Assembly: GCA_030610945.1 (NCBI GenBank)
Contig: JAUWQV010000002.1
Coordinates: 28,633 to 92,632, forward strand
DNA length: 64,000 nucleotides
Direction of reading: 5' to 3'
Source: Methanocellales archaeon
GTDB lineage: Archaea > Halobacteriota > UBA148 > JAUWXC01
The notes under the pieces were generated by a model. It ran no database searches. It was not told the origin of the DNA and saw nothing but the letters and a program-made list of their open reading frames with translations. Of the stretch, positions 29,154-39,297 are shown in pieces. The number at the start of each line of letters is the position of its first letter. Position 1 is the stretch's first letter. Position numbers and translations under genes: made by a program.

Positions 29154-30274
29154 CTGACTCGTTCTCCTTTGATGAACTCTTCTACCATCTGACGTGCTAC
29201 ATCATCCGGAAACTGCTGCAGTGGTCTTTTCATGGTGTAGGCAGAGATGGAAATTAACGGTCCGCCGATTTTTCTATCCAGCGCCAATTTACAGCACCTG
29301 ATGGCGTCTATCGCACAGCCAGCAGAATTGGGAGAATCCTCGACGCTCAGCCTCATCTCAAGATTGACAGGTGCATCTCCGAACTTCCTGCCCTCAATTC
29401 GTATGAATGCTACCTTATTATCCAACAGCCATGGCACATAATCGCTTGGACCTATGTGGATATCATCGCGGTCCATAGGGACTGGCATTTGGGATTGCAC
29501 GGATTCTGTTTTGCTAATCTTTTTGCTAACCAACCTCGATCTCTCCAGCATATTCAGGAAATCCGTGTTCCCGCCAGTGTTCAGTTGATACGTCCTATCG
29601 ATTTTTACCCCTCTGTCCGAGAATAATTTCGCCATGGTTCTGTGAACTATGGTTGCGCCAACCTGTGACTTTATGTCATCTCCAATTATCGGCAGCCCTT
29701 TTTTCTCAAACTTTTTTGCCCACTCCTGGTTTGAAACGATGAAAACCGGCATGCAATTGATGAAGGCAACGCCTGCATCCAAGCAAGCTCTGACATAATG
29801 TTCAACTGCCTCCTCGCTTCCGACTGGCAGATAGTTTATCAATATTTCAGCTCCGCTCTTTTTTAATTCATCTGCAACGTCCACCGGCCTCTCATCTGCG
29901 ATAACGAATGTTCTATCTTCTGGATAATCCCTCATGTGGTCTGCAACTCCATCCAGTACAGGCCCCATCTTGACCTCTACGCCCATGTCGGGAACGTCAT
30001 TGCAAAATATCTTGGTGCAGTTGGGCTTTGCGAAAATCGCCTCTGATAAATCTTTTCCGACCTTTCTTTTATCAACATCAAAAGCTGCTACTGGTTTGAT
30101 GTTGGAGATCTTGTATCCGCCCAGAACGTTGTGCATCAGGCCGGGGATCAATGCATTATTTGTATCGACGTCCTTGTAATAAAAAAGGCCCTGTATCAGG
30201 GAGGATGCACAGTTACCGACACCGGCGATTGCAATTTTTATCGCGTTCATTTGACCACCGTTTGCCATACTCAC
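29150..30274 (-). CDS. myo-Inositol-1-phosphate synthase
   Basis: 374 aa. N-terminal IAIAGVGNCASSLIQG Rossmann motif; length and sequence resemble the archaeal MIPS. Confidence 0.88.
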   Translation of the reverse strand: MSMANGGQMNAIKIAIAGVGNCASSLIQGLFYYKDVDTNNALIPGLMHNVLGGYKISNIKPVAAFDVDKRKVGKDLSEAIFAKPNCTKIFCNDVPDMGVEVKMGPVLDGVADHMRDYPEDRTFVIADERPVDVADELKKSGAEILINYLPVGSEEAVEHYVRACLDAGVAFINCMPVFIVSNQEWAKKFEKKGLPIIGDDIKSQVGATIVHRTMAKLFSDRGVKIDRTYQLNTGGNTDFLNMLERSRLVSKKISKTESVQSQMPVPMDRDDIHIGPSDYVPWLLDNKVAFIRIEGRKFGDAPVNLEMRLSVEDSPNSAGCAIDAIRCCKLALDRKIGGPLISISAYTMKRPLQQFPDDVARQMVEEFIKGERVR

Positions 30275-30325
30275 TAATCCTAAGAAGATATAATACTTAT
30301 CAAAACGTTAATTAGGTGTAATACT

Positions 30326-31372
30326 ATGCATGGCGAATTAATCGGAGATAGGGTCGTACTTGGCGAAGATGCCATCACCAAATTATACAGCACCAGTTAC
30401 TATGGACGCCTCAAGGAGGGAAAGCTCGAGTTATCCCTGGTAGAAGCTGCTTACCTGCTTAAAGAGGGGAAAATTTCCATCGTCCATGGCGAAAAACCTC
30501 TGGACTTCAAGGAGTTTTTTGTGATTGCATCCACTTTAATGAAGAACTTCGAATTGAAGTACATCGTCTACAAGGACATGCGAGGAAGAGGATACTATGT
30601 ACAGCCGAGTGTAACTGATTTTAGACTGTATCCGAGAGGAGGGAAGCCAGGAAAAACACGCGCTATGTATTTCGTGCGCGCGATATCTGAGCGAGAGCCC
30701 CTTCCATTGGCAAACATACTACACTATCTGGAGATTGCAGAAAATATGCGAAAGCACATCATCCTAGCCATCGTGGATGAAGAGAGTGACATAACGTTTT
30801 ATGATGTCAAAAAGACGAGCATGAAGGGCGAGACGAAATTCACAGGTGGCAAGGGAGATGGCACGTTGTTGGAGGACAGGGTCATCGTATGGGATTCGGC
30901 TTTAGTCAAGGTGTTACACCAAAAAGGCTTTTTTGGAAAGCCGCTGGATGAAGAGCGATTGCAGCTCTCTCTTGTTGAGTCCGCGTACTTGATGAAAAAG
31001 AAGGTCCTCAAGGTTACTGATGCCACTGGTAACGTCATCGATGTTAAGACCTTCACAAAAAGGGCATCTGAAATCGAGGCAGATTTTGGGCACAAGCTCA
31101 GAGTCTATGAAAATCTAAGAGAGAATGGGATGGTTGCTAAGACGGGCTTCAAATTCGGCAGTCATTTTCGCGCCTATGAGAAAGTGGAATCTCTTGATAG
31201 ATTGATACACTCGAAATACCTGGTGCACGCCATTTCAAAAGACCATGTGTTTCTACTGCCAGAGCTATCTAGGGCAATAAGGCTAGCACAGAGCGTTAGG
31301 AAGCGAATGATATTTGGGTATGTAACGGGTAAAAATGTAGGGTACATCGATATAGGACGGACCAAGCTATGA
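30326..31372 (+). CDS. endA: tRNA-splicing endonuclease, two-unit (alpha2-type) form
   Basis: 348 aa with two tandem EndA units (each has LSLVEAAYL-like helices). The C-terminal unit carries the catalytic region [12 protein letters not shown]...YLVHA. Confidence 0.88.
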   Translation: MHGELIGDRVVLGEDAITKLYSTSYYGRLKEGKLELSLVEAAYLLKEGKISIVHGEKPLDFKEFFVIASTLMKNFELKYIVYKDMRGRGYYVQPSVTDFRLYPRGGKPGKTRAMYFVRAISEREPLPLANILHYLEIAENMRKHIILAIVDEESDITFYDVKKTSMKGETKFTGGKGDGTLLEDRVIVWDSALVKVLHQKGFFGKPLDEERLQLSLVESAYLMKKKVLKVTDATGNVIDVKTFTKRASEIEADFGHKLRVYENLRENGMVAKTGFKFGSHFRAYEKVESLDRLIHSKYLVHAISKDHVFLLPELSRAIRLAQSVRKRMIFGYVTGKNVGYIDIGRTKL

Positions 31373-32661
31373 AGCGCAAGACGAAACTTGACCCATGGGG
31401 CACAGTGAACATTAAAGATTATTCGAAATTATTTGATGAATTTGGTATCTCGCCTTTTGAGGATATTCTGCCCGATGTGCCTAACCCACACAAGTACATG
31501 AGGCGGCACATCATCTTTGGCCACAGGGATTATCACCATATATTGGATGCGATGAAGAGTGGTGCGCCATTTGCTGTCATGAGTGGGTTCATGCCATCTG
31601 GCCGCGTCCACCTCGGTCATAAAATGGTGATGGACGAGATTATATGGCACCAGCAGATGGGTGCGCAGACGTTCTTTGCTGTTGCAGACATGGAGGCGCA
31701 CTCAGTGCGGAAGATATCCTGGAAGGACTGCGCCGAGATTGGCAAAGACTACGTACTCAGCTTGATTGCGCTCGGTTTCCAGCCAGATGGTCGCATCTAT
31801 TTTCAATCGAAGTGCCCTGTTGTAAGAGATCTGGCATTTGAGCTCGGAGTCGAAGCAAATCTGTCCGAATTAAGTGCCATCTATGGTTTTTCTGGTGAAA
31901 CCCATATATCACATATATTGAGCACGCTGGTTCAGAGCGCGGACATTCTGCACCCTCAACTGACAGAGTTTAGCGGACCCAAGCCCGTTGTGATTCCCGT
32001 TGGAGCAGACCAGGACCCGCACATCCGCATTACAAGGGACATTGCGAACAGGATGAGGATGTTCAAAGTGGAGGCGCGCAAGGGGCACATCAGCATAAGG
32101 GCTAAGACTGCGAACAAGGCGGCCATGCACGAGATTGCCGGGAGAGTGGATGGCAAGGTCAAGGTATATGCTGAACATGTGGACGTTTATGAAAATGGAG
32201 ACATTGATAAAATCGCATCGATTGTGCGCGAGGTCGAAATTGAGTATGGGGGCTACGGCTTTTACCCTCCTACATCAACATATCATCGCTTCATGAGCGG
32301 ATTGACTGGCGGAAAGATGTCCAGCACGATTCCGGACAGCATTGTCGCGCTCACGGAATCGCCTAAAACCGCAGCTGCGAAGGTAAAGAAGGCGAAGACA
32401 GGGGGCAAAGTTACCCTAACAGAGCAGCGCCGTTCCGGCGGAGAGCCCCAGAACTGCACGGTCTACGAGTTACTGCTGTTCCACCTGCTCGAAGACGATG
32501 AACACATCGCAGAGGTATATAACGAGTGCAGAGAGGGCAGGCGCACCTGTGGAAAGTGCAAGGCGCTTGCAGCTGAATTAATGGCTAAGTTCCTGAAGGA
32601 GCACCAAGATGGGCGCGAAAGCGCGAGAGAGCGATTGGGGGAGTTTGGGTTAAAAATCTAA
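31369..32661 (+). CDS. trpS: Tryptophanyl-tRNA synthetase (archaeal/eukaryal type)
   Basis: 430 aa. [12 protein letters not shown] (HIGH) and KMSST (KMSKS). ATGA overlap with endA, a pairing conserved in archaea. Confidence 0.9.
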   Translation: MKRKTKLDPWGTVNIKDYSKLFDEFGISPFEDILPDVPNPHKYMRRHIIFGHRDYHHILDAMKSGAPFAVMSGFMPSGRVHLGHKMVMDEIIWHQQMGAQTFFAVADMEAHSVRKISWKDCAEIGKDYVLSLIALGFQPDGRIYFQSKCPVVRDLAFELGVEANLSELSAIYGFSGETHISHILSTLVQSADILHPQLTEFSGPKPVVIPVGADQDPHIRITRDIANRMRMFKVEARKGHISIRAKTANKAAMHEIAGRVDGKVKVYAEHVDVYENGDIDKIASIVREVEIEYGGYGFYPPTSTYHRFMSGLTGGKMSSTIPDSIVALTESPKTAAAKVKKAKTGGKVTLTEQRRSGGEPQNCTVYELLLFHLLEDDEHIAEVYNECREGRRTCGKCKALAAELMAKFLKEHQDGRESARERLGEFGLKI

Positions 32662-32693
32662 GTCAGATATGCTTGTTAGGTAAAGTTTTTCAC

Positions 32694-32918
32694 TCACAAT
32701 AGTTCTCTTAGCATCTCTTTATTTATGCCTGCTTGTTTTAGAATTTCGAGCAACGTTCCCTTTGGTAAATCTCTTTTATGAAGAGGCACCACGACCCTTC
32801 TTCTCATTTCCGGGTGGTAGTAAATATGATGGCTTCCTTTAACCCGATCCAGTATGAACCCCTTCTTTTCAAGTACCTTGATAACTTTCTGAGGAGTAAG
32901 GGATGGTAGTTTAGGCAT
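32694..32918 (-). CDS. hicA: HicA-family mRNA interferase toxin
   Basis: 74 aa. VIKVLEKKGFILDRVKGSHHIY...VVVPLHKRDLPKGTLLEILKQAGI is the YcfA/HicA signature with the catalytic His. Confidence 0.85.
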   Translation of the reverse strand: MPKLPSLTPQKVIKVLEKKGFILDRVKGSHHIYYHPEMRRRVVVPLHKRDLPKGTLLEILKQAGINKEMLRELL

Positions 32919-33144
32919 GAGTCTCTACCGTCAGGGTATATTCTAAAGTTCCTTCCTCTGTTGGCATCTCCTCGCCATGCTTTTTTAAGCTCTCTGCATA
33001 TAACCCAATAGCTTCCTTTGCCATCTCTATCGCTTCTTCTATTGTGTCCCCGTATGTGATACAGCCAGGAAGAGAAGGAACTATCACTGTATAGCCGCCT
33101 TCAGGCTCTTTTCTGAGCAGAATTCTATAGTTCAGCACTTTCAT
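32911..33144 (-). CDS. hicB: HicB-family antitoxin (UPF0150)
   Basis: 77 aa. EGGYTVIVPSLPGCITYGDTIEEAIEMAKEAI is the HicB N-terminal fold signature. 8-nt overlap with hicA. Confidence 0.85.
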   Translation of the reverse strand: MKVLNYRILLRKEPEGGYTVIVPSLPGCITYGDTIEEAIEMAKEAIGLYAESLKKHGEEMPTEEGTLEYTLTVETHA

Positions 33145-33231
33145 ACAATTACTTCACATTGTTTATTTGTATTAAAGTTCACTTAACGGCATATCAAGGC
33201 ATTGTACTGATACTTGATGTTGCAGATAATA

Positions 33232-33552
33232 TCACCCAAAAATCATGCCCATGCCAGTTGCAGCTGAATCGTCTTCGGCCTTGATTTTTTCGATGATGTT
33301 CCTTGCCTCCTTTTCAGGCACTTTTTCTAGGGGCAGGTCTGCGAGTAGTTTGTCCATCTCTTTCATCATCTCGGGCGTTCCACGCAGATACAAGAAATAG
33401 CCTTCGCGGTCTGAACCCAGAAGCTTGCACTCCCTGACAGTGTAATCTGCCCTCTTTATGAGGTCCTCCTGTAAGGCTTTCTCAACATCCTTCTTTGCAT
33501 CGGTATTATAGAAGTATAATATTTCCAAGTCGTTTTCCTCCGGAACTATCAA
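33232..33552 (-). CDS. Hypothetical 106-aa protein with acidic, ribosomal-stalk-like C-terminal tail
   Basis: TTG start in the ORF track. No family recognised. The C-terminus KAEDDSAATGMGMIFG resembles the conserved tail of stalk protein aP1/P1-P2. Confidence 0.45.
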   Translation of the reverse strand: MIVPEENDLEILYFYNTDAKKDVEKALQEDLIKRADYTVRECKLLGSDREGYFLYLRGTPEMMKEMDKLLADLPLEKVPEKEARNIIEKIKAEDDSAATGMGMIFG

Positions 33553-33634
33553 CGTTATCCTGCGTTGATAAACTTTTTCAATTCCAGTAGTTACAAATAT
33601 AAGCGTTATCCTTTATGAGATAGGGAGTGCGACC

Positions 33635-35131
33635 ATGGCCTCAGATAAGTCAAGTACATTAACCGCCAATGAGAAACGCATATTACTGGCGCTGAACAAG
33701 GTCAAATCCGCGGGCCCACAGAAACTTGCCGCCGAATCAGGATTGCAGATCGATGCCGCGATGCAGGCAGCATTTTTGCTTGCGAAAAAAGGTCTTGCAA
33801 ATATCGTAGAAGAAACGATTGTGCTTTACTCGCCCACTCCCGAAGGAGAACTTTATGCCCGGCAAGGATTGCCAGAACTGCGCATTCTCGCATATGCAGA
33901 AGGTAAGCCCACCCCTCTAATTGAGTTGAAGGATGCATTCTCAGATAAAGAAATCAGCATCGCACTGGGATGGCTAAAGCGAAAGGGGCTGGCATCCATT
34001 GAAAAAAAAGGCAAAGAAGTTATTATTACGCCTCTTAAAACCCATAAAAAAGACCCTCAGGAAGAGGTTTTACGCTACCTGCTCGCACACCATCCAGAGA
34101 CGCTTACGAGTTACCCTTCTGCGACAATTCAGGAGTTGTTGGGGCGAGATTTAATCAGGTGCACCGAGAGAACGTCCCGCGTAATTGCCATTACCAACGA
34201 AGGGCGCAAACTCGCGCGAAAGGGCATTGAAATTGAAGAGGATATTGGGCAACTAACGCCGGACTTGATTAGATCAGGCGAGTGGAAGAAGAAGCCCCTG
34301 CGCCCGTATGACATACATGCGCCCTCCACTCGTATTTTTGCTGCCAAGAAGCACCCCTACCAGCGTTTGCTCGATGAGATGCGCCAGATATGTCTCGAAA
34401 TGGGGTTTGAGGAGATTAAAGGGAACCACATACAGGCATCTTTCTGGAACTTCGATGCGCTGTTTCAGCCGCAGGACCATCCTGCTAGAGAAATGCAAGA
34501 CACGTTTTACCTTGATTCCAAGGGAAAACTACCTGGCGAATACGTGCAGAACGTAAAAGAGATGCACGAGCACGGTGGTGATATCGGCTCGACAGGCTGG
34601 GGTGGTCACTGGAGCGAGGAACTTGCAAAAACCAACGTACTTAGAACGCACACCACTGCAATTACAATCAAATATCTCGCCGATAACCCAAATCCGCCGG
34701 TCAAGGCGTTCTGCATTGGCAGGGTTTACAGGCGCGAGGCCATTGACGCAACGCATCTTCCCGAGTTCGAGCAATTAGAGGGAGTGGTGATGGATGAGGG
34801 CGTTTCGTTTAAGAATCTGCTGGGATGTCTGGTTGAGTTTTACCATCGCGTTGGCTTCAAAGATGTGCGCTTCAGGCCTGGTTACTTCCCCTATACAGAG
34901 CCATCGGTTGAGCCCGAGGTATACGTACCAGAATTGGGCTGGATTGAACTGGGTGGCGCGGGCATATTCAGGCAAGAGGTGACCGCTCCGCTGGGAATCG
35001 AACATCCTGTTCTGGCATGGGGTCTTGGCGTTGGCAGACTGGCGATGTTGCGCCTGGGTCTGAGAGACCTGAGAGACATATATGCTCCAGATATCGACTG
35101 GCTAAGGAGGTATCCAGCATGCCAGTTATAA
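33635..35131 (+). CDS. pheS: Phenylalanyl-tRNA synthetase alpha subunit
   Basis: 498 aa. Archaeal N-terminal wH repeats plus the class II core ([29 protein letters not shown]). Confidence 0.92.
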   Translation: MASDKSSTLTANEKRILLALNKVKSAGPQKLAAESGLQIDAAMQAAFLLAKKGLANIVEETIVLYSPTPEGELYARQGLPELRILAYAEGKPTPLIELKDAFSDKEISIALGWLKRKGLASIEKKGKEVIITPLKTHKKDPQEEVLRYLLAHHPETLTSYPSATIQELLGRDLIRCTERTSRVIAITNEGRKLARKGIEIEEDIGQLTPDLIRSGEWKKKPLRPYDIHAPSTRIFAAKKHPYQRLLDEMRQICLEMGFEEIKGNHIQASFWNFDALFQPQDHPAREMQDTFYLDSKGKLPGEYVQNVKEMHEHGGDIGSTGWGGHWSEELAKTNVLRTHTTAITIKYLADNPNPPVKAFCIGRVYRREAIDATHLPEFEQLEGVVMDEGVSFKNLLGCLVEFYHRVGFKDVRFRPGYFPYTEPSVEPEVYVPELGWIELGGAGIFRQEVTAPLGIEHPVLAWGLGVGRLAMLRLGLRDLRDIYAPDIDWLRRYPACQL

Positions 35132-36726
35132 CCCTACAATATGATGACCTGAAAAAATTGGTTGGCACTGACAAGGATACAATTCTCAAGCACATACCCA
35201 TGATCGGCGCCGATATCGAACGCATTGAGGATACGTATGCTGACATCGAGTTCTTCCCGGACAGACCGGATCTCTTTTCCGTCGAGGGCGTTGCAAGGGC
35301 GATGAGGGGGTTTCTGGGGCTCGAAACGGGATTGCGCAAGTACGATATCAGAAAGTCAAACATATCAATTACAATTGAAAAATCCGTCAAGCCGATTAGA
35401 CCTTGCCTTGCCTGCGCCGTCGTGCGTGGATTGCATTTCAACTCCGCATCCATTGAATCGTTGATGGCACTGCAGGAAGACCTGCACTGGGGGCTGGGAC
35501 GCAACAGGAAGAAAGTATCCATCGGCGTCCATGACATATCCAAGGTCAAGCCGCCGTTTGTGTATAAGGCAGTCGACCCCAACACAGAGTTTGTTCCACT
35601 GGATTTTGACAAAAAGATGTCCATGCGCGCCATTCTCAAAGAGCATCCAAAAGGGGTACGGTTTGCGCACATGTTAGAGGGAGCAAATCGCTACCCGTTA
35701 ATAGTGGATTCTGGAGACAATGTACTGTCCTTCCCTCCCATCATCAATGGTACATTAACCGCGGTCACAGAAGAAACGACAGATATGTTCATTGAAGTAA
35801 CTGGCATGGATGCATCTGTAGCAATGGCACTCAATATTGTGGTCACCGCGCTGGCAGAGAGGGGCGCCAAAATAGAATCGGTTGAAATCATTTCAGATGG
35901 AAAGAGCGCTTTCACGCCTGATATATCTCCGACGAGTAGAGAGCTTAGCATAGGCGAGGTGAATTCACTTCTTGGTCTTACTCTGGATGCCAAACAAATT
36001 GCCCGTGAACTGGAAAAAATGAGGTTTGGTGCAACTGTTAAGGGGGATGCGATAGAAGTAGCGATACCCGCATACAGGGCAGATATATTGCACAACTGGG
36101 ACCTGATTGAAGACGTCGCCATTGGGTATGGGTTTGACAAATTCAAGCCCGAACTTCCCGAAACCGCTACGATAGGTAGGGCGCATCCTATTGAAGACAG
36201 GCTTGCATTGCTTAGGGAAATCATGGTCGGTCTGGGATTTTTAGAAGTCACGACATTTACCCTGACGAACGAGCGGGTGCACTTTGATATGATGAAGCGC
36301 ACACAGGCAAATGTCACAAAGGTTAAACATCCAATCAGTGAAGAGCACACGATGATTCGTTGCACTATTCTACCAAATCTGATGGGCGTATTATCGCGGA
36401 ACAAACACGTTGAGATGCCACAAAAAATCTTCGAAGTAGGAGATGTCATCGTTGACTCCAAAGATATGCAAAAATTAGCTGGTGTTTCAACTCATTCCAC
36501 AGCAAACTTCGCCGAGGTAAAATCCGTCGTTGAATCAATACTAGGGGAGCTTAGTCTCGAATATGAGATTGCCGAATCCAATGACCCTGCATTTTTAGAA
36601 GGGCGAAGGGCATCAATTCTGATTAAAGGAAAAATTATCGGAGTGTTCGGAGAAATTCATCCAGATGTTATCCTCAATTTCAGCTTGGACCACCCTGTTG
36701 CAGCGTTTGAGATGGAGATATGCTAG
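35119..36726 (+). CDS. pheT: Phenylalanyl-tRNA synthetase beta subunit
   Basis: Start moved to ATG 35119 ([17 protein letters not shown]3/4 domain start), preceded by AGGAGG at 35105..35110. The ORF-track start 35017 lies inside pheS in another frame. Confidence 0.9.
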   Translation: MPVITLQYDDLKKLVGTDKDTILKHIPMIGADIERIEDTYADIEFFPDRPDLFSVEGVARAMRGFLGLETGLRKYDIRKSNISITIEKSVKPIRPCLACAVVRGLHFNSASIESLMALQEDLHWGLGRNRKKVSIGVHDISKVKPPFVYKAVDPNTEFVPLDFDKKMSMRAILKEHPKGVRFAHMLEGANRYPLIVDSGDNVLSFPPIINGTLTAVTEETTDMFIEVTGMDASVAMALNIVVTALAERGAKIESVEIISDGKSAFTPDISPTSRELSIGEVNSLLGLTLDAKQIARELEKMRFGATVKGDAIEVAIPAYRADILHNWDLIEDVAIGYGFDKFKPELPETATIGRAHPIEDRLALLREIMVGLGFLEVTTFTLTNERVHFDMMKRTQANVTKVKHPISEEHTMIRCTILPNLMGVLSRNKHVEMPQKIFEVGDVIVDSKDMQKLAGVSTHSTANFAEVKSVVESILGELSLEYEIAESNDPAFLEGRRASILIKGKIIGVFGEIHPDVILNFSLDHPVAAFEMEIC

Positions 36727-37502
36727 AAGCGGAGGTAGGGCGTTCGTCTGAGACTCTTTTTTATTTTTATCCCATATATTATGCCCACCAAAAGACCGCT
36801 CAAATGGGCTGTATGCGCTATCATGTCTCCTGAACCCATTAACAGGAAGTCCATTATCGCAAATAGGATGACGGCATGCGTGATTTTCATCGGAATGAAG
36901 TATACGAATACAACGATGTATGGTGCGATGATGGCGAGACAGCCAAATATGCTATATAATGCACCGCTTGCGCCCACCACAGGGCCGGAAGACGTGAGTA
37001 CATGTCCGATGCCGGCTATGACACCCGACCCAAGATATAACTCCAGAAACTTCTTGCTTCCGACCATGCTTTCAAGTCTGGGCCCAAAGAAGAAGAGGAA
37101 TAACATGTTGAAAAGCAGGTGCACAAAGCTACCGTGCAGAAACATATACGTTACCAGCGTCCACGGTCTTGCGATTACATGAGTTGGGTATAAGGCGAAC
37201 ATCTCGTTGTACAGTGGAAATCCTCGCAAAAAGAAAGATGCCACGCATATCATTAAAATCGCCTGAGAATAGCTGTATATAGGTAAGGATGGTAGGGAAA
37301 TCCTCGGACGCCTTTTCTGCACTATTTTAACCTCCCTAGGAGTTGGAGAGTATATAATCTCCTTAGATATATCCTTCAATCCTGCCAGGCCAGGGCAGTG
37401 ATGATTCTCTGGCAGCCTGTGCTCTGCGCAGAACACATCACCACAGAATTTGCATGTGAATGGTAGGTGCTCTTGCCGTCCGCATATCATACATCTTTTC
37501 AT
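36723..37502 (-). CDS. Rhomboid intramembrane serine protease with N-terminal AN1-type zinc finger
   Basis: 259 aa. CMICGR...[20 protein letters not shown] (AN1), then a 6-TM core with [11 protein letters not shown] (catalytic Ser) and AHLSGLLVG (His). Confidence 0.8.
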   Translation of the reverse strand: MKRCMICGRQEHLPFTCKFCGDVFCAEHRLPENHHCPGLAGLKDISKEIIYSPTPREVKIVQKRRPRISLPSLPIYSYSQAILMICVASFFLRGFPLYNEMFALYPTHVIARPWTLVTYMFLHGSFVHLLFNMLFLFFFGPRLESMVGSKKFLELYLGSGVIAGIGHVLTSSGPVVGASGALYSIFGCLAIIAPYIVVFVYFIPMKITHAVILFAIMDFLLMGSGDMIAHTAHLSGLLVGIIYGIKIKKSLRRTPYLRF

Positions 37503-37593
37503 AGGAGGTTTATGCGATTACTTATTACAACAGATAAAGATTGCTCTAAAACAACACTTTTTTATTATCAGCACGCGGTAGTTCTCTAGGATC

Positions 37594-38619
37594 ATGCGAA
37601 CAATTGATTGGGACGATACTAAAAACTGCATCATATTCGTCGACCAGACCAAATTGCCTTTAGCGCGACATATCATCGAATGTGCAGATGTAAATACTTT
37701 GGCAGAGGCGATAGGTACTCTGAGCATCAGGGGCGCTCCAGCGCTTGGTGTTGCAGGCGCTTTTGGAATCGCACTAGCGGCACAGACAAGCAAGGCAAAA
37801 AGCCCCATAGATCTTGTGCAGGAGCTGGAAGGTGCTGCAGAAGTTTTACGAAACACTAGGCCAACTGCCATAAACCTGTCTTGGGGGATTGACAGAGTTC
37901 TCCGCAAGGCAAAGACCGGTCACTCGATAACCCAAGTCAAAGAACTTGCCTTAGAAGAAGCGAAAGCAATAGCGGACGATGATGTAGAGATATGTAAAAA
38001 GATAGGCGCCAATGGGGCAAAGTTACTGGAAGACGGCGACGTTGTGCTGACACACTGCAACGCTGGCAGAATGGCATGCGTGGATTGGGGTACTGCTCTT
38101 GGCGTTGTTAGGTCAGCCATAGAGGAGAACAAGAGAATAAAAGTCATCGCCACTGAAACACGCCCATTAAATCAGGGCTCCAGAATAACGGCGTGGGAAC
38201 TCTTACAAGACAACATTCCTGTCACGTTAATTACAGACAGCATGGCTGGACATGTGATAAAATCCGGAATGGTTGACAAGATTCTCGTTGGTGCAGACCG
38301 CATAGTAGAGGAAGCAGTATTCAACAAAATCGGAACGTACACGCTTTCGGTCATAGCAAAGGAGCACAAGATACCATTCTATGTTGCTGCACCCATGTCA
38401 ACATTTGACTTTGAGAAACATGCGCAAGATATTGAGATAGAAGAGCGGGGGCCACAGGAATTGAAGTACTTTGGGGACATGCAAATTGCACCGTTAGATG
38501 CCAAGGCCTACAATCCAGCATTCGATGCCACGCCAATGGACAATGTAACAGCAATAATCACTGAGAAGGGTGTGTTTTATCCGCCCCTTTCATTCGAAGA
38601 ACTTAAGGGGTTGGAATAA
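37594..38619 (+). CDS. mtnA: eIF-2B alpha/beta/delta-family isomerase (methylthioribose-1-P or ribose-1,5-bisphosphate isomerase)
   Basis: 341 aa. IRGAPALGVAGAFG, THCNAG, VGADRI. Substrate cannot be decided by eye. Confidence 0.75.
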   Translation: MRTIDWDDTKNCIIFVDQTKLPLARHIIECADVNTLAEAIGTLSIRGAPALGVAGAFGIALAAQTSKAKSPIDLVQELEGAAEVLRNTRPTAINLSWGIDRVLRKAKTGHSITQVKELALEEAKAIADDDVEICKKIGANGAKLLEDGDVVLTHCNAGRMACVDWGTALGVVRSAIEENKRIKVIATETRPLNQGSRITAWELLQDNIPVTLITDSMAGHVIKSGMVDKILVGADRIVEEAVFNKIGTYTLSVIAKEHKIPFYVAAPMSTFDFEKHAQDIEIEERGPQELKYFGDMQIAPLDAKAYNPAFDATPMDNVTAIITEKGVFYPPLSFEELKGLE

Positions 38620-38634
38620 ATAGGGTAGATATGA

Positions 38635-39297
38635 ATGACACTTGCCATAAATGTGATATGTAAGGATACGCCAGGTGTGCTGAGGGATATTGCAGGCATC
38701 GTGGCAAAACATGGCGGCAATATAGCCTATACACAGCAGTTCATCTTTGAGAGGGGCGTTCACAAGGGAAAAGGCTCCATTTATATGGAAATCGATGGAG
38801 TAACGGACTCAGGCGCACTCGTATCCGATTTAACCTCACAGGATGTCGTACACGAGGTTGTCACTTCACCTTCCTTCCAAGAGGTTTATGGCTCTAGGGT
38901 GATAGTAATCGGCGGCGGCGCACAGGTTGCACAGGTTGCGATGGGTGCGGTTAGCGAGGCGGACAGGCACAACATCAGGGGCGAGCATATCAGCGTTGAT
39001 ACGATTCCGCTGGTGGGCGAGAACGCTATTGCAGATGCAGTAAATGCTGTCTCACGCCTTCACAGAGCGTCTGTCTTAGTGCTCGCCGGTTCGCTGATGG
39101 GTGGGCGCATCACAAAAGAAGTTAAAAAGTTGCGCGAGGTGGGCATCCCGGTAATCGCGCTTAACATGGCAGGAAGCGTGCCAGAAGCTGCGGATTTGGT
39201 TGTTACTGACCCTGTCCAAGCTGGCACGTTTGCAGTGATGCACATGGCGAAAACCGCCAAGTTCGACATCAACAAGGTCAAAGGGCGACGATTTTAG
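38635..39297 (+). CDS. ACT-domain protein with C-terminal domain of unknown function
   Basis: 220 aa. N-terminal ACT-like INVICKDTPGVLRDIAGIVAKHGGNI. The C-terminal ~140 aa are Gly/Ala-rich (VIVIGGGAQVAQVAMGA). Confidence 0.55.
   Translation: MTLAINVICKDTPGVLRDIAGIVAKHGGNIAYTQQFIFERGVHKGKGSIYMEIDGVTDSGALVSDLTSQDVVHEVVTSPSFQEVYGSRVIVIGGGAQVAQVAMGAVSEADRHNIRGEHISVDTIPLVGENAIADAVNAVSRLHRASVLVLAGSLMGGRITKEVKKLREVGIPVIALNMAGSVPEAADLVVTDPVQAGTFAVMHMAKTAKFDINKVKGRRF

Noticed and set aside
35691-36461. 256-aa ORF antisense to pheT (and the similar 34968..35672 ORF antisense to pheS/pheT)
   Set aside because: Ser/Thr/Ile-rich nonsense translation. The PheRS subunits on the + strand are unambiguous.
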